A DNA stretch of 64,000 bases, from positions 736,001-800,000 of the forward strand of contig CBDCRP010000002.1 of assembly GCA_965221165.1 (NCBI GenBank). The letters run 5' to 3'. The position numbers were made by a program, and so were the translations under genes. The notes under the pieces were generated by a model that had not been told where the DNA came from, made no database searches, and saw only the letters and a list, made by a program, of their open reading frames with translations. This DNA comes from a bacterium. Its GTDB lineage: Bacteria > UBA8248. The first letter of the stretch is position 1. Each line of letters opens with the position of its first letter. Of this stretch, positions 9,788 to 19,053 are shown piece by piece.

Positions 9788-10661
9788 GGGCCATCTGGCG
9801 GAGTTCGGAGTCGTCGCCCCCCAAGGCCGAGCCCACCTCGCGCGGTTGGCGTCGGCCGTTGCCAATCCGGGTTCGGGGTTGCCCGAGGCGGTCCGCGAAC
9901 TGGGCGTGGTTCTGCTCGCGCATATAGCCGGCCTGAAGGAGAAGATACAGGAGTTGGAGAGGCGACTCCGCACGAGCGCGTACGAGGATGAGGAAGCGAG
10001 ACGACTGATGAGCATTCCGGGGGTCGGTCCGGTCTGCGCGTCGGCGATCCAGGCCTTCGCCCCGCCGATGGAGAGCTTCCGCCGGGGGCGGGACTTCTCC
10101 GCCTGGCTCGGTCTCGTGCCGCGACAGCACTCGACCGGAGGCAAGCCGCGACTGGGTAGGATATCGAAGATGGGCCGGCGCGACGTGAGGCGGTTGTTGA
10201 TCACGGGCGCGATGAGCGTGGTGCGCTGGGCGGTCCGGCGAGGCGCGCCCCCCGGATCGTGGCTGGCCCGGATGCTGGCGCGTAAGCCCAAGATGCTGGT
10301 TGCGGTGGCGCTGGCCAACAGGATGACGCGCATCGCCTGGGCGCTGATTACGAACAGAGAATTCTACCGGGAGCCCGCGCCGGCCGCCTGAGCGGCAGGC
10401 GAGCGGAGCACGGCGGGAATGTGAGCAGGCCGAATGAGGAGGTAGGGGCGAACGGTCATTGAGACGGGGTCGGGAAAACCAGGACCAGATTTTGGAGTTT
10501 TTCAAGCTCGCACGGTCGATTCGGACCCGATCCTCGCATTTCCATACGGGCCGCGGTAATAGTGAAACGCCGCAATTGAGAGGCCGTATACACGAATGAG
10601 TCTGACCATAACGCACCAAAACCTCCGGGCCAACGCTTGCATTCTTGGGCGCGTCCATACA
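9783..10661 (+). mobile_element. 5'-truncated IS110-family (IS1111-group) element: transposase C-terminal half (9783-10391) plus right-end non-coding region
   Basis: LRGHLAEFG, SIPGVGP, FRRGRDFSAWLGLVPRQHSTGGK and GRISKMG motifs; about 270-nt downstream NCR ending CTTGCATTCTTGGGCGCGTCCATACA. Confidence 0.88.
10392..10650 (+). ncRNA. Putative IS1111-type bridge/seekRNA region
   Basis: Position downstream of the transposase as in IS1111-group elements; contains ACCAGATTT, complementary to the adjacent flank. Transcript and boundaries are inferred. Confidence 0.45.
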
Positions 10662-11925
10662 CAAATCTGGTGTATGGCCGTCTCGAATCCAGCGGCCCTC
10701 CCGCCCGTTTCTTTTTCCTCCACCCCATCGATGAACCTCACGTCGGCGATCACCTCGGCCAGATGATGGAAGCCGCGTAGTCGGCGCCATCGCTTCTCGG
10801 CGCTCATGGCGAGTTGATGCACAAGGCTCAGCGCCGTCTTCTCGCTCAGGCAGTACCTCGTCTTCGCCGTTCGCAAGCGGATGGTGGCGAAGGTCGATTC
10901 GATGGGGTTCGTCGTCCGAAGACTCCGCTAGTGCGCCGCCGGGAAGTCGTAGAAGGCGAGCAACTCCTCGCGGTCCCCCGCCAGGCAATCGGCGGCTTTC
11001 GGGTACTTCGCCTCCCAGGTGGCACAGAAGCGCTCAAAAGCCTCCTTCGCATGCGCACGGGTTTCGGGATATACCTCGGCCAGGGCCGACCACAACCCCA
11101 GCCCACCGTCGCCCACCGCCAGCTTCGCCGCCCTCACGCCCCGGTCCCGCAGGCTCAACAGCACCGCCTCCAGCTCTCCTTCGACTCCCTGAACCCGGAT
11201 TCCAGGGCCAGGAAGCGCTTGCGGCCACGCGCGTCGCAGCCCACAACCACTAGCAGACAACGCCGCTCCTCGCCGCGCACGTTCACGTAGATCCCGTCCG
11301 CCCACAGATACACGAACTCCTCGCCACCCCAGTCCCGCTCGCGCCACTGCGCGTACTCACGCTCCCAGCCGTCCTTGAGCCGCGCGACGCTCGCCGGGGA
11401 CAATCCCTTCACCGACTCGCCGAACAGCGCCGTGAGCGCTTCACCGAAGTCGTTCGTCGATACCCCCTTCAGGTACAGCCACGGAATCACCGCCTCCATA
11501 CGCCTCGTCTTCTTCAAATACGGCGGCAGCAACTCCGAGCGGAAGCACCGGCCCGCGCCCGACCTGTCCCGCGTCCGCGGAACCCGGACACGCACCGGAC
11601 CCACACCCGTCAACACCTCCCGCGACGGCAGGTAGCCGTTGCGAACCACCGCGCGTCGACCTTGCGCGTCACGGTCGGCCGCATACCCTTCCAGAAAGGC
11701 CTCCAACTCCGCTTCCACCGCCTGGCGGATGATTCGTTGCGCGCCCTCGCGCACCAGTTCGCTCAACTCGTCCCGTAGGGCTGGATTCCGGAAAGGAATC
11801 GTCGTATCTTCTCTCATGGTGGAGCATCTCCTGTGTGCTGAATGACCGGGCTTTGGACAACCCTATTTCAGCAGGATGCGACGCCTTCTTCAATTCAGCC
11901 CATACACAACTTCTGACAGTAACTC
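10662..11925 (-). mobile_element. IS256-family element with disrupted transposase (frameshift, internal deletion, stop)
   Basis: From ATG 11817: RNGYLPSREVLTGVG, WLYLKGVST, YLWADGIY, then other frames AVGDGGLG and RTTNPIESTF. Left IR GAGTTACTGTCAGAAGTTGTGTATGG at 11925; partial right IR CCATACACCAGATTTG. Confidence 0.9.
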
Positions 11926-11939
11926 GTCGGGGAGTGCCC

Positions 11940-13685
11940 ATGGATCCAGGCTGCGACCGAATCACCACCGAGGTCATCGCGCACCGCTTCGCCGCCGCGG
12001 CCGACGAGATGATGGCCACCCTCGTCAAGACCGCGTATTCCCCGAACATCAAGGAGCGGCGTGACTGCTCGGTCGCGATCTTCGACACTGCGGGCAACCT
12101 CCTCGCCCTGACCGCCATCGCCCCCCTTCACCTGAGCTCGCTCCTCGGCCTCGTGGAGAACATCACCCGGCGTTACCCCCTCGACCGCTTTCGCCCCGGC
12201 GACGGCTTCCTCACGAACGATCCGTACGTGGGAGGCGGCTCGCACCTGCCGGACCTGACGCTCGCAAGGCCCGTCTTCTTCGATGGCCGGCCGGTCGCGT
12301 TCGTCGCCAACATCGCCCACCACTCCGACATCGGCGGCAAGGTGGCGGGGAGCGAGAGCGCCGACTGCACGAGCATCTTCCAGGAAGGGCTGCGGATCCC
12401 TCCCGTCAAGCTGCTGGACGAGGGGGAACTGTGCACCGACATGCTCGCGTTCGTGCTCCTCAACTCGCGCACCCCGCGCGAGCGCGAGGGCGATCTGCGG
12501 GCCCAGATCGCGACCAACGCCATCGGGGTCCGCCGGGTGCAGGAGTGCTTTGCTCGCTTCGGAGCCGATAGCGTGCACCGGGGCGCGAGAGCGCTCCTCG
12601 ACTACGCCGAGTCGCGCACTCGCGCCGAGATCGCGAGGCTGCCGGACGGAACCTACGAGAACGAAGAAGTGGTCGACAACGACGGCGTGGCCGACGGCAT
12701 CGTTCGCCTCCGCGTCAAGATCACCATTCGCGTCGATCGCATTCACTTCGACTTCACGGGCACCGACGGGCAGATCGCAGGGGCCCGGAACATGCCGCTC
12801 GCGGCCACCCTGTCCGGCGTCTACTACGCGGTCAAGGCGGTGACGGACCCGGCGCTGCCGCCCAACTCCGGGTACTTCCGCGCCATCGGCGTCACCGCGC
12901 CGGAAGGCACGGTCGTCAACTGCCGCCCCCCCGCCGCCGTCGGGGATCGGGGCGCGACCGGCAACGTGCTCGGCGACCTGCTGCTGGGCGCGCTCGCCGA
13001 CGCTGCGCCGGACCGGGTGATGGCCGGCTGCGGTCCGCTCCACGGGCTTATCTTCAGCGGCGTCGACCCGCGCCGGAACGAGTACTTCGTCGACTACGAG
13101 ACCTACGCGGGAGCGTCCGGCGCGCTTTCCGCGCTCGACGGAAAAGACGCGGTCCGGGTCCACGTTTCAGGCGCGGCCAACCTGCCCATCGAATCCGTGG
13201 AGCAGGAGTTCCCGCTGACCGTCGGCCGCTACGAGCTGATCGCCGACTCGGGAGGCCCCGGACGGCATCGCGGCGGCCTCGCGACGCGCCGCGACGTCAC
13301 CATCTGGGCGGAGCGGGCGAGGCTCGCAGGCCGCGGACTGCGCCAATCCCGAGGCGCGTCCGGGCTGTTTGGCGGAAGTTCGGGGTGTCCCGGCGTCTTC
13401 GTTCTGGACCCGGGCGGAAACCGCGAGACGAAGCTTCCGGGCTCGTTCTCGGAGCTCAAGGTGGACGCGAGAACGACGGTCCGGGTCGACACCCCGTCCG
13501 GTGCCGGCTTCGGCGACCCGTGGGAACGCGATCCGGAGAGGGTGCGCGACGACGTGGCCGCCGGCAAGGTGACCGCACCCGCGGCGGAGCAGAGCTACGG
13601 CGTCGCGCTCGTCCGCGGAAGCGTCGACGCCTCCCGGACCGCGGCCTTGCGGGAGGCCCGCCAAGATTCGAACCGTGGCGCCTGA
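11940..13685 (+). CDS. Hydantoinase B/oxoprolinase subunit (copy 1)
   Basis: AYSPNIKERRDCS, NDPYVGGGSHLPD, HHSDIGG, FQEGLRIPP and DSGGPGRHRGG motifs. Confidence 0.93.
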   Translation: MDPGCDRITTEVIAHRFAAAADEMMATLVKTAYSPNIKERRDCSVAIFDTAGNLLALTAIAPLHLSSLLGLVENITRRYPLDRFRPGDGFLTNDPYVGGGSHLPDLTLARPVFFDGRPVAFVANIAHHSDIGGKVAGSESADCTSIFQEGLRIPPVKLLDEGELCTDMLAFVLLNSRTPREREGDLRAQIATNAIGVRRVQECFARFGADSVHRGARALLDYAESRTRAEIARLPDGTYENEEVVDNDGVADGIVRLRVKITIRVDRIHFDFTGTDGQIAGARNMPLAATLSGVYYAVKAVTDPALPPNSGYFRAIGVTAPEGTVVNCRPPAAVGDRGATGNVLGDLLLGALADAAPDRVMAGCGPLHGLIFSGVDPRRNEYFVDYETYAGASGALSALDGKDAVRVHVSGAANLPIESVEQEFPLTVGRYELIADSGGPGRHRGGLATRRDVTIWAERARLAGRGLRQSRGASGLFGGSSGCPGVFVLDPGGNRETKLPGSFSELKVDARTTVRVDTPSGAGFGDPWERDPERVRDDVAAGKVTAPAAEQSYGVALVRGSVDASRTAALREARQDSNRGA

Positions 13686-15777
13686 GCGTTACGTCCTCGG
13701 CGTCGACGTCGGCGGGACGTTCACCGACTTCGCACTCGTCCGCCTCTCGGACGGCAAGACGTGGTTTCTGAAGACACCCTCGACCCCGGACGACCCGTCC
13801 CGGGCGATTGCGGCCGGTATTCCGGAGCTATTGGACTGTGCAGCCGCCGGTGCCGGGAACGTCCGCTACTTCGGCCACGGAACGACGGTCGCCACCAACG
13901 CGCTCATCACGGGGGACACGGCGGTCACGGGCCTCATCACCACTGAAGGGTTTCGCGACATCCTGGAGATCCGCCGCCAGCGCCAACCCCACAACTACGA
14001 CATTCGGATGCCGAAGCCCCCGCCCCTCGTCGCGCGCCACCTCCGGCGCGAGATCGAGGAGCGCACCTATCTCCTCGGGCCTTCCGACGTGCCGCCGGAC
14101 CTCGAAGCGCTCGATGGAATCCTCGACGACTTCCGCCGCGAAGGCGTGGAGGCGGTGGCCGTCTGCTTCCTGCACAGCTACCACAATCCGGCCCACGAGG
14201 CCGCCGTCGCGGCCGCGGTGCGCGAGCACCTTCCCGGTGCGTTCACCTGCGCATCCCACGAAGTCGTGGCCGAGTTCCGCGAGTACGAGAGGACCACGAC
14301 CACCGTGCTGAACGCATCGCTGGGCCCGGTCGTGAGCCGCTATCTCGAGCGCCTCGGGGAACGGTCCCGCGCCCTGGGCATCGTGGGCCCGAAGATCCTC
14401 CAGTCCCACGGCGGCGTCGCCTCGCTTCGGGATGCGGGTGCGATGGCGGGCCGCTGCCTCATGTCGGGGCCGGCGGCGGGAGTCACCGGCGCGGGCTTTC
14501 TCGCCGGAAGAGCCGAGTGTCCGGACGTCATCACCTTCGACGTCGGGGGAACGAGCACCGACGTCTGCCTCATCGAAGGCAACCGGCCGCTCGTCGCAAA
14601 GGAGCGGGAGGTGCGGGGGCATCCCATCCGCTTTCCGATGGTCGACGTGCATTCGGTGGGAGCCGGAGGGGGCAGCATCGCGCGCGTGGACACGGGCGGC
14701 TTCGTGCACGTGGGCCCCCGGAGCGCCGGCGCCGCGCCCGGCCCCGCCTGCTACGGCCTCGGGGGAACCGAGCCCACCGTGACCGACGCCAACGTCGTGC
14801 TCGGCCGCCTTTCCGGCGAATCCCTGCTGGGCGGCCGTATGAGCCTCCGTCCCGACCTCGCGCACCGCGCAATCGCCGACAAGGTGGCGGCCCCGATGGG
14901 GCTCGGGGTCGAGGAGGCGGCCGAAGCGGTGCTCACCATCCTCAACGAGAACCTGGTTCAGGCGATACGCGTGATCTCGGTGGAGAAGGGTTTCGATCCG
15001 CGGCACTTCACCCTGGTGGCGTTCGGGGGGGCGGGGCCTCTCCTCGCCTCCGCGCTCGCCCGCGAGCTGGGCATGACCCGGGTCATGGTGCCGCCCGGAC
15101 CGGGTCTCCTGTGCGCGCTCGGGCTCCTCGTCGCCGACGTGCGCTCGGATTTCAGCCTGACGCGGATCGCCGATCTCGAGGGAACCGGCGCCGCCGGCAT
15201 CAACGTCACCTTCACGGAGGTCGGACAGCGAGCGCTCGAATGGTTCGACCGGGAGGGGGTGGAGCCCGGCGAGCGCACGGTGCAACGTGCCATCGACATG
15301 CGCTACGTCGGACAGAGCCACGAGATCACGGTGGCGGTTCAGGAGCGGGAATTCGCCGACCACGACCTCTCGGCGCTGGTCGACGCTTTCCGGCGCGAGC
15401 ACGAAAGAGTGTACGGCTACGCGCCGGACGCGCCGGTTCAACTGGTCACCTTTCGCGTCACCGCCCTCGCCCGGGTGACGGCGCCCCCGGTCGCGGGCAC
15501 CGCCGGGACGGGCGGCGACCTGCGCGCGGCGGAGCGAGGGAGGCGCCGGGTGCATTTTGCAGAGCTCGGCGGATTCGTCGATTGTCCGATCTACGCCCGG
15601 GAGGGCCTCCCCCGGGGCGCCGATCTCGAAGGCCCCGCGATCCTCGAGCAGATGGACTCGACGACCGTCGTGCTGCCCGGACAGGTCGCCCGCAGCGACG
15701 AGCAGGGCAACCTGAACCTCACGGTCGTGTCGGCCCCGCACGACGCAGGGAGCGGCGGTAGCGGGGGGCTCGCATGA
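13675..15777 (+). CDS. Hydantoinase A/oxoprolinase ATP-binding subunit (copy 1)
   Basis: GVDVGGTFTD, HGTTVATNA, SGPAAG, DVGGTSTD, GAGGGSIA, GPACYG and FGGAGPL motifs. Confidence 0.94.
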   Translation: MAPERYVLGVDVGGTFTDFALVRLSDGKTWFLKTPSTPDDPSRAIAAGIPELLDCAAAGAGNVRYFGHGTTVATNALITGDTAVTGLITTEGFRDILEIRRQRQPHNYDIRMPKPPPLVARHLRREIEERTYLLGPSDVPPDLEALDGILDDFRREGVEAVAVCFLHSYHNPAHEAAVAAAVREHLPGAFTCASHEVVAEFREYERTTTTVLNASLGPVVSRYLERLGERSRALGIVGPKILQSHGGVASLRDAGAMAGRCLMSGPAAGVTGAGFLAGRAECPDVITFDVGGTSTDVCLIEGNRPLVAKEREVRGHPIRFPMVDVHSVGAGGGSIARVDTGGFVHVGPRSAGAAPGPACYGLGGTEPTVTDANVVLGRLSGESLLGGRMSLRPDLAHRAIADKVAAPMGLGVEEAAEAVLTILNENLVQAIRVISVEKGFDPRHFTLVAFGGAGPLLASALARELGMTRVMVPPGPGLLCALGLLVADVRSDFSLTRIADLEGTGAAGINVTFTEVGQRALEWFDREGVEPGERTVQRAIDMRYVGQSHEITVAVQEREFADHDLSALVDAFRREHERVYGYAPDAPVQLVTFRVTALARVTAPPVAGTAGTGGDLRAAERGRRRVHFAELGGFVDCPIYAREGLPRGADLEGPAILEQMDSTTVVLPGQVARSDEQGNLNLTVVSAPHDAGSGGSGGLA

Positions 15778-15802
15778 CAGGGCCGAGAGAGACGGAGGGA
15801 GC

Positions 15803-16746
15803 ATGAGCAAGGATTCGGAGCGATTCCAGGTCTGGCTCGACGGCGGCATGGTCGCGCCCGAGGACGCCAAGGTGAGCGTCCTCACCGCCACCGCCATGCG
15901 CGGAGCGAACGTCTACGAGGGTTTGCGGGCCTATTGGGACGAGGTGCGGGACAACCTCTTCGTCTGGAAGCTGGATCAGCACCTCGAGCGCCTGTTCGTC
16001 AACATGAAGATCATGCGGATGACGTCCCCCTACGGTTTCGACGAGTACCGGCAGGCGGTCCTCGACTGGGCGCGCGCGAAACGGTTCTGGGAGGACGTCC
16101 ACATGCGTCTGGTGACGTACTTCGGATTCGGCGTTGCCGGGGACGTCAAGAAGTACCGGCCGGAGGAGATCGAGATCGGTGCGTGGGTGGCGGGGGGGGG
16201 GGCCGCCCCCACGACGACGCCCTCCGGCACGGCATTCACGTCTGCGTCAGCAGTTGGCGGCGCATCCACGACGATTCGATTCCGGCCCGGGTGAAGGTCG
16301 GGTCCAACTACCAGAACAGCCGCCTCGCCGGGGTGGAGGCGCGCGTCAACGGCTACGACGACGCCCTCATCCTCAACCGGGACGGCAAGCTCGCCGAGGC
16401 GTCGGGCGCGAACGTGATGCTGGTACGCGACGGGCAGTTGATCACGCCTTCCGTGACGGCGGGAATTCTGGAAGGGATCACCCGCGCCACCTTGATGGGG
16501 CTCTTCGCGAAGGTCCGAAACCGCCCGGCGGTGGAGCGGGAGGTGGACCGCACCGAGCTCTATCTCGCGGACGAGATCCTGATCTGCGGCTCGGCGGAGG
16601 AAGTGACGCCCGTCGTCTCGGTGGACCGGATCCCGGTCGGCGATGGGAAGCCCGGCCCCCTCACCCGGGAGCTTCAGGAAGCGTTCTTCCGCGCCACCCG
16701 CGGCAAGGACCCGGATTTCGCCGACGTTCTCACCCCGATCTACTGA
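15803..16746 (+). pseudogene. Fold-type IV (BCAT/DAAT-like) aminotransferase, frameshifted at a G11 tract
   Basis: N-half (VYEGLRAY, LDQHLERL) in the 15803 frame, C-half (RVKVGSNYQNSRL, AEASGAN, ILEGITR) in the 15934 frame; switch at G run 16192-16202. Confidence 0.85.
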
Positions 16747-16773
16747 CGCCCCTGCGGAAGCGTCTCGTCTCGC

Positions 16774-16800
16774 GCAGGGACAGGCCTCCAGCCTGTCCTG
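16774..16800. repeat. REP-like hairpin after the aminotransferase
   Basis: GGACAGGC-CTCCA-GCCTGTCC stem-loop; resembles REP-type palindromes, but only one copy is seen. Confidence 0.4.
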
Positions 16801-17626
16801 ACGAAGGACAACCACGGAGGGCAGGACAATCCCGAGGAGGGGCTACAAAACCATCGCGCCCGTACGTGCGGGAAGCGAAACCCGAACGGGTCCGTGAGGG
16901 CCAGCGCACGTCCCGGCCCTCAGCGAGACCTGAGCTATCTAATTCTGTGGGTCTGTGGGCCCAGCCCCAGTCTAGCAGGACGCGAACGGCCCGCCAACGG
17001 GGTGGCCTCGCCCAGGCGGCGCGGAAGATGACGGTGCCGGCGGGATAAGCCACGCTTGGAGAAGGAAACGTCCACGTCGTTTACCCCCGATTATCCTTGG
17101 TCATTTCTATCAAATATACTTATCACTACTGACAGGATCGGTCAACCGCCGGGTTGCCTGTAAAGGAAAGAGTGGGCGCCCGTTCAATCATGCTCGATGG
17201 CGCAAAACCCGCATTCGCATGGAACCTGCATGCTTCGCGCTGCGATGCGGCAGGAAAAACACGGGGTTTCCCCCGCGAAGGCCGAACGCGCCAGGGAGAG
17301 GAGCGAAGCGCTACGGAAAAGGGGGGGAACCGGGGGCGGAAGAGGAGGGAGCGCAATCGCAGGCGCGTTGCCGGGGAGCCGGATTCCGGACCATGCGCCG
17401 ACGACGTAAACGACGTCGCCTCGCCCGGATGTGAAGTCGCCGGGCGGGCGCGTCCACCCCATCGGCGATCGACAGGAACCCCCCGGGATACGCAGGCGTT
17501 GTAACGAACCTGCTTTCGGCTTGATTACGGATCGGGGAAGGCGAATTTTATCAGAAACAGATATCTCATTTAATATCAACAAGATAAATGGATTTTACCA
17601 TTGCCGGGAACGGCTTGAAAAATCTG

Positions 17627-17814
17627 ATTTACCGAAAAACCCCGGAAATTTATCTAATTTTATGGAATTTAGAGACATAAGCAGTTCCCATTCGACATGA
17701 AATCCCGCTATCATATTGATATTATTATGAATATCCACTATTCCCAATCTCGCTTAGAACCCTCCTCATATGGTATGTAATCAAAACGAAAGCGGATTCA
17801 TTAAAACTCCTGCG
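17627..17814 (+). repeat. 188-bp AT-rich direct repeat, copy B (within a longer element of about 17200-17814)
   Basis: Near-identical to 9600-9787; upstream parts resemble 44757-44864 and 55031-55205. Confidence 0.95.
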
Positions 17815-18090
17815 CATCCTGGCGGGTCGGTGTCAGAGCATTGTGCGGTTCTCCCCAAAAACCCGGCTCACGACAGCTTGCCTAAAGTCATGCTCCGGCG
17901 TCCCATGGCGGGCCCGATTCGCACCCGCGAGGCAGCCTACCACGGCGGCGATGCTCTTCCGACCGGCGCGCGATGCGCTACTCCATTATCGGAGCCACCG
18001 GGCGGCAAGCCGAGGTTGCCGCGACGGTGGAATATGCCGAGCGCACGTCCGGCTGGGGCCCGTCTCGCCCGGACGGGGAAGGAGACCGCA

Positions 18091-18598
18091 ATGACGGATC
18101 AAGGCTTGATGGGGGGTGGACTGGGAAGAGCGGATCGACTTCGGCCGGCTGCGGCAGGAGCGGCTGCAGAAGGCCAAGGATGCCCTCGCGAACTCGGACG
18201 TGGACGCGCTCTTCGTCTTCCGCACCGAGGACTGCCGCTACCTGATCAGCTTCCGCTCGCACCTGCATCCCACGGCCTCGCTCGGGATGGCGGTGTGCGT
18301 CCTCGTCGACGGGGGGGAGCCCTACGTGCTCGACAGCCTGGGCCACGGCTCGGGCACCAACCCCTGGGAGCTCCCCTACTTCAGCCCCGCGACCTACGAC
18401 GAGCCCATGGCGCTCGTGGCGGGCATGACCTTCAACCTGGAGCCCTACGCGGGCAAGCCCGGCGTGGGCGGCTTCCGACTGGAGAACAACGTGGTCGTCA
18501 CGGAAAACGGCCCGGACGTCTACACGCCCTTCCCCTACGACGAGCGCCTCGTCACCGACGTCCATGAGCTGGATACGACCACGGGCAGGACGCGGTAG
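18091..18598 (+). pseudogene. M24 (Xaa-Pro peptidase/creatinase) family remnant, frameshifted and internally deleted
   Basis: AAGGAG RBS, MTDQGLMG then an extra G in 18111-18116 before VDWEERIDFGRLRQERL; jumps directly to GHG..., FNLEPYAG and GFRLENNVVVTENG. Far shorter than a full M24 enzyme. Confidence 0.75.
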
Positions 18599-18609
18599 GC
18601 CAGTCAAAT

Positions 18610-18661
18610 CACGCTTGAAGGAAAAGTCCCGGCGCTCGCCGGGGCTTTTCCTTCAAGCGTG
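18610..18661. terminator. Long hairpin after the M24 remnant
   Basis: CACGCTTGAAGGAAAAGTCCCGGCG-CT-CGCCGGGGCTTTTCCTTCAAGCGTG, about 25-bp stem. Confidence 0.7.
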
Positions 18662-19053
18662 GACCGTCCCAAGTAGAGGGTGCGCCCCGGCCGCCGGGAA
18701 GGCTGCCATAAATTGATTCACCTCTTGCGGTGAGGTTTCCACGGCAAAAAAACGTGAGCTTTACATATCTAAACCAATCTGATAAAAAGGTGTAATAAAC
18801 ACAAAATCTGGTGGATAGCGCGATGAAACATGAGTGCTTTCGTACGGGTGCCTGACGAGTTTATTATCGCCAAAAGGGTGGCGTCCATCTCCTATTTCGA
18901 GTTCTCTAATATCAAGACGCATCTCTGACGGCGAGAGCCATCGGAACGCCGATGGAATTTTCTGATTCCCCCTGTAGAGATCCGCGGCTCTCTTGAGGCC
19001 GCTATACGCTAGGCATTTGGTCTGCCGATTCATCGTGAGGGGAGGGTTCCAGG

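Noticed and set aside
13828-15897. Long antisense/alternate-frame ORFs (e.g. 689 aa here, 38551-40029, 55285-56532, 9774-10988)
   Set aside because: Shadows of real GC-rich genes on the opposite strand; no recognisable motifs or RBS.
18761-19033. 90-aa minus-strand ORF and IS-end-like words (ACACAAAATCTGGTG, GGCGTCCATC) upstream of hydantoinase A copy 2
   Set aside because: No family motif; the matches are too short to call; probably promoter region.
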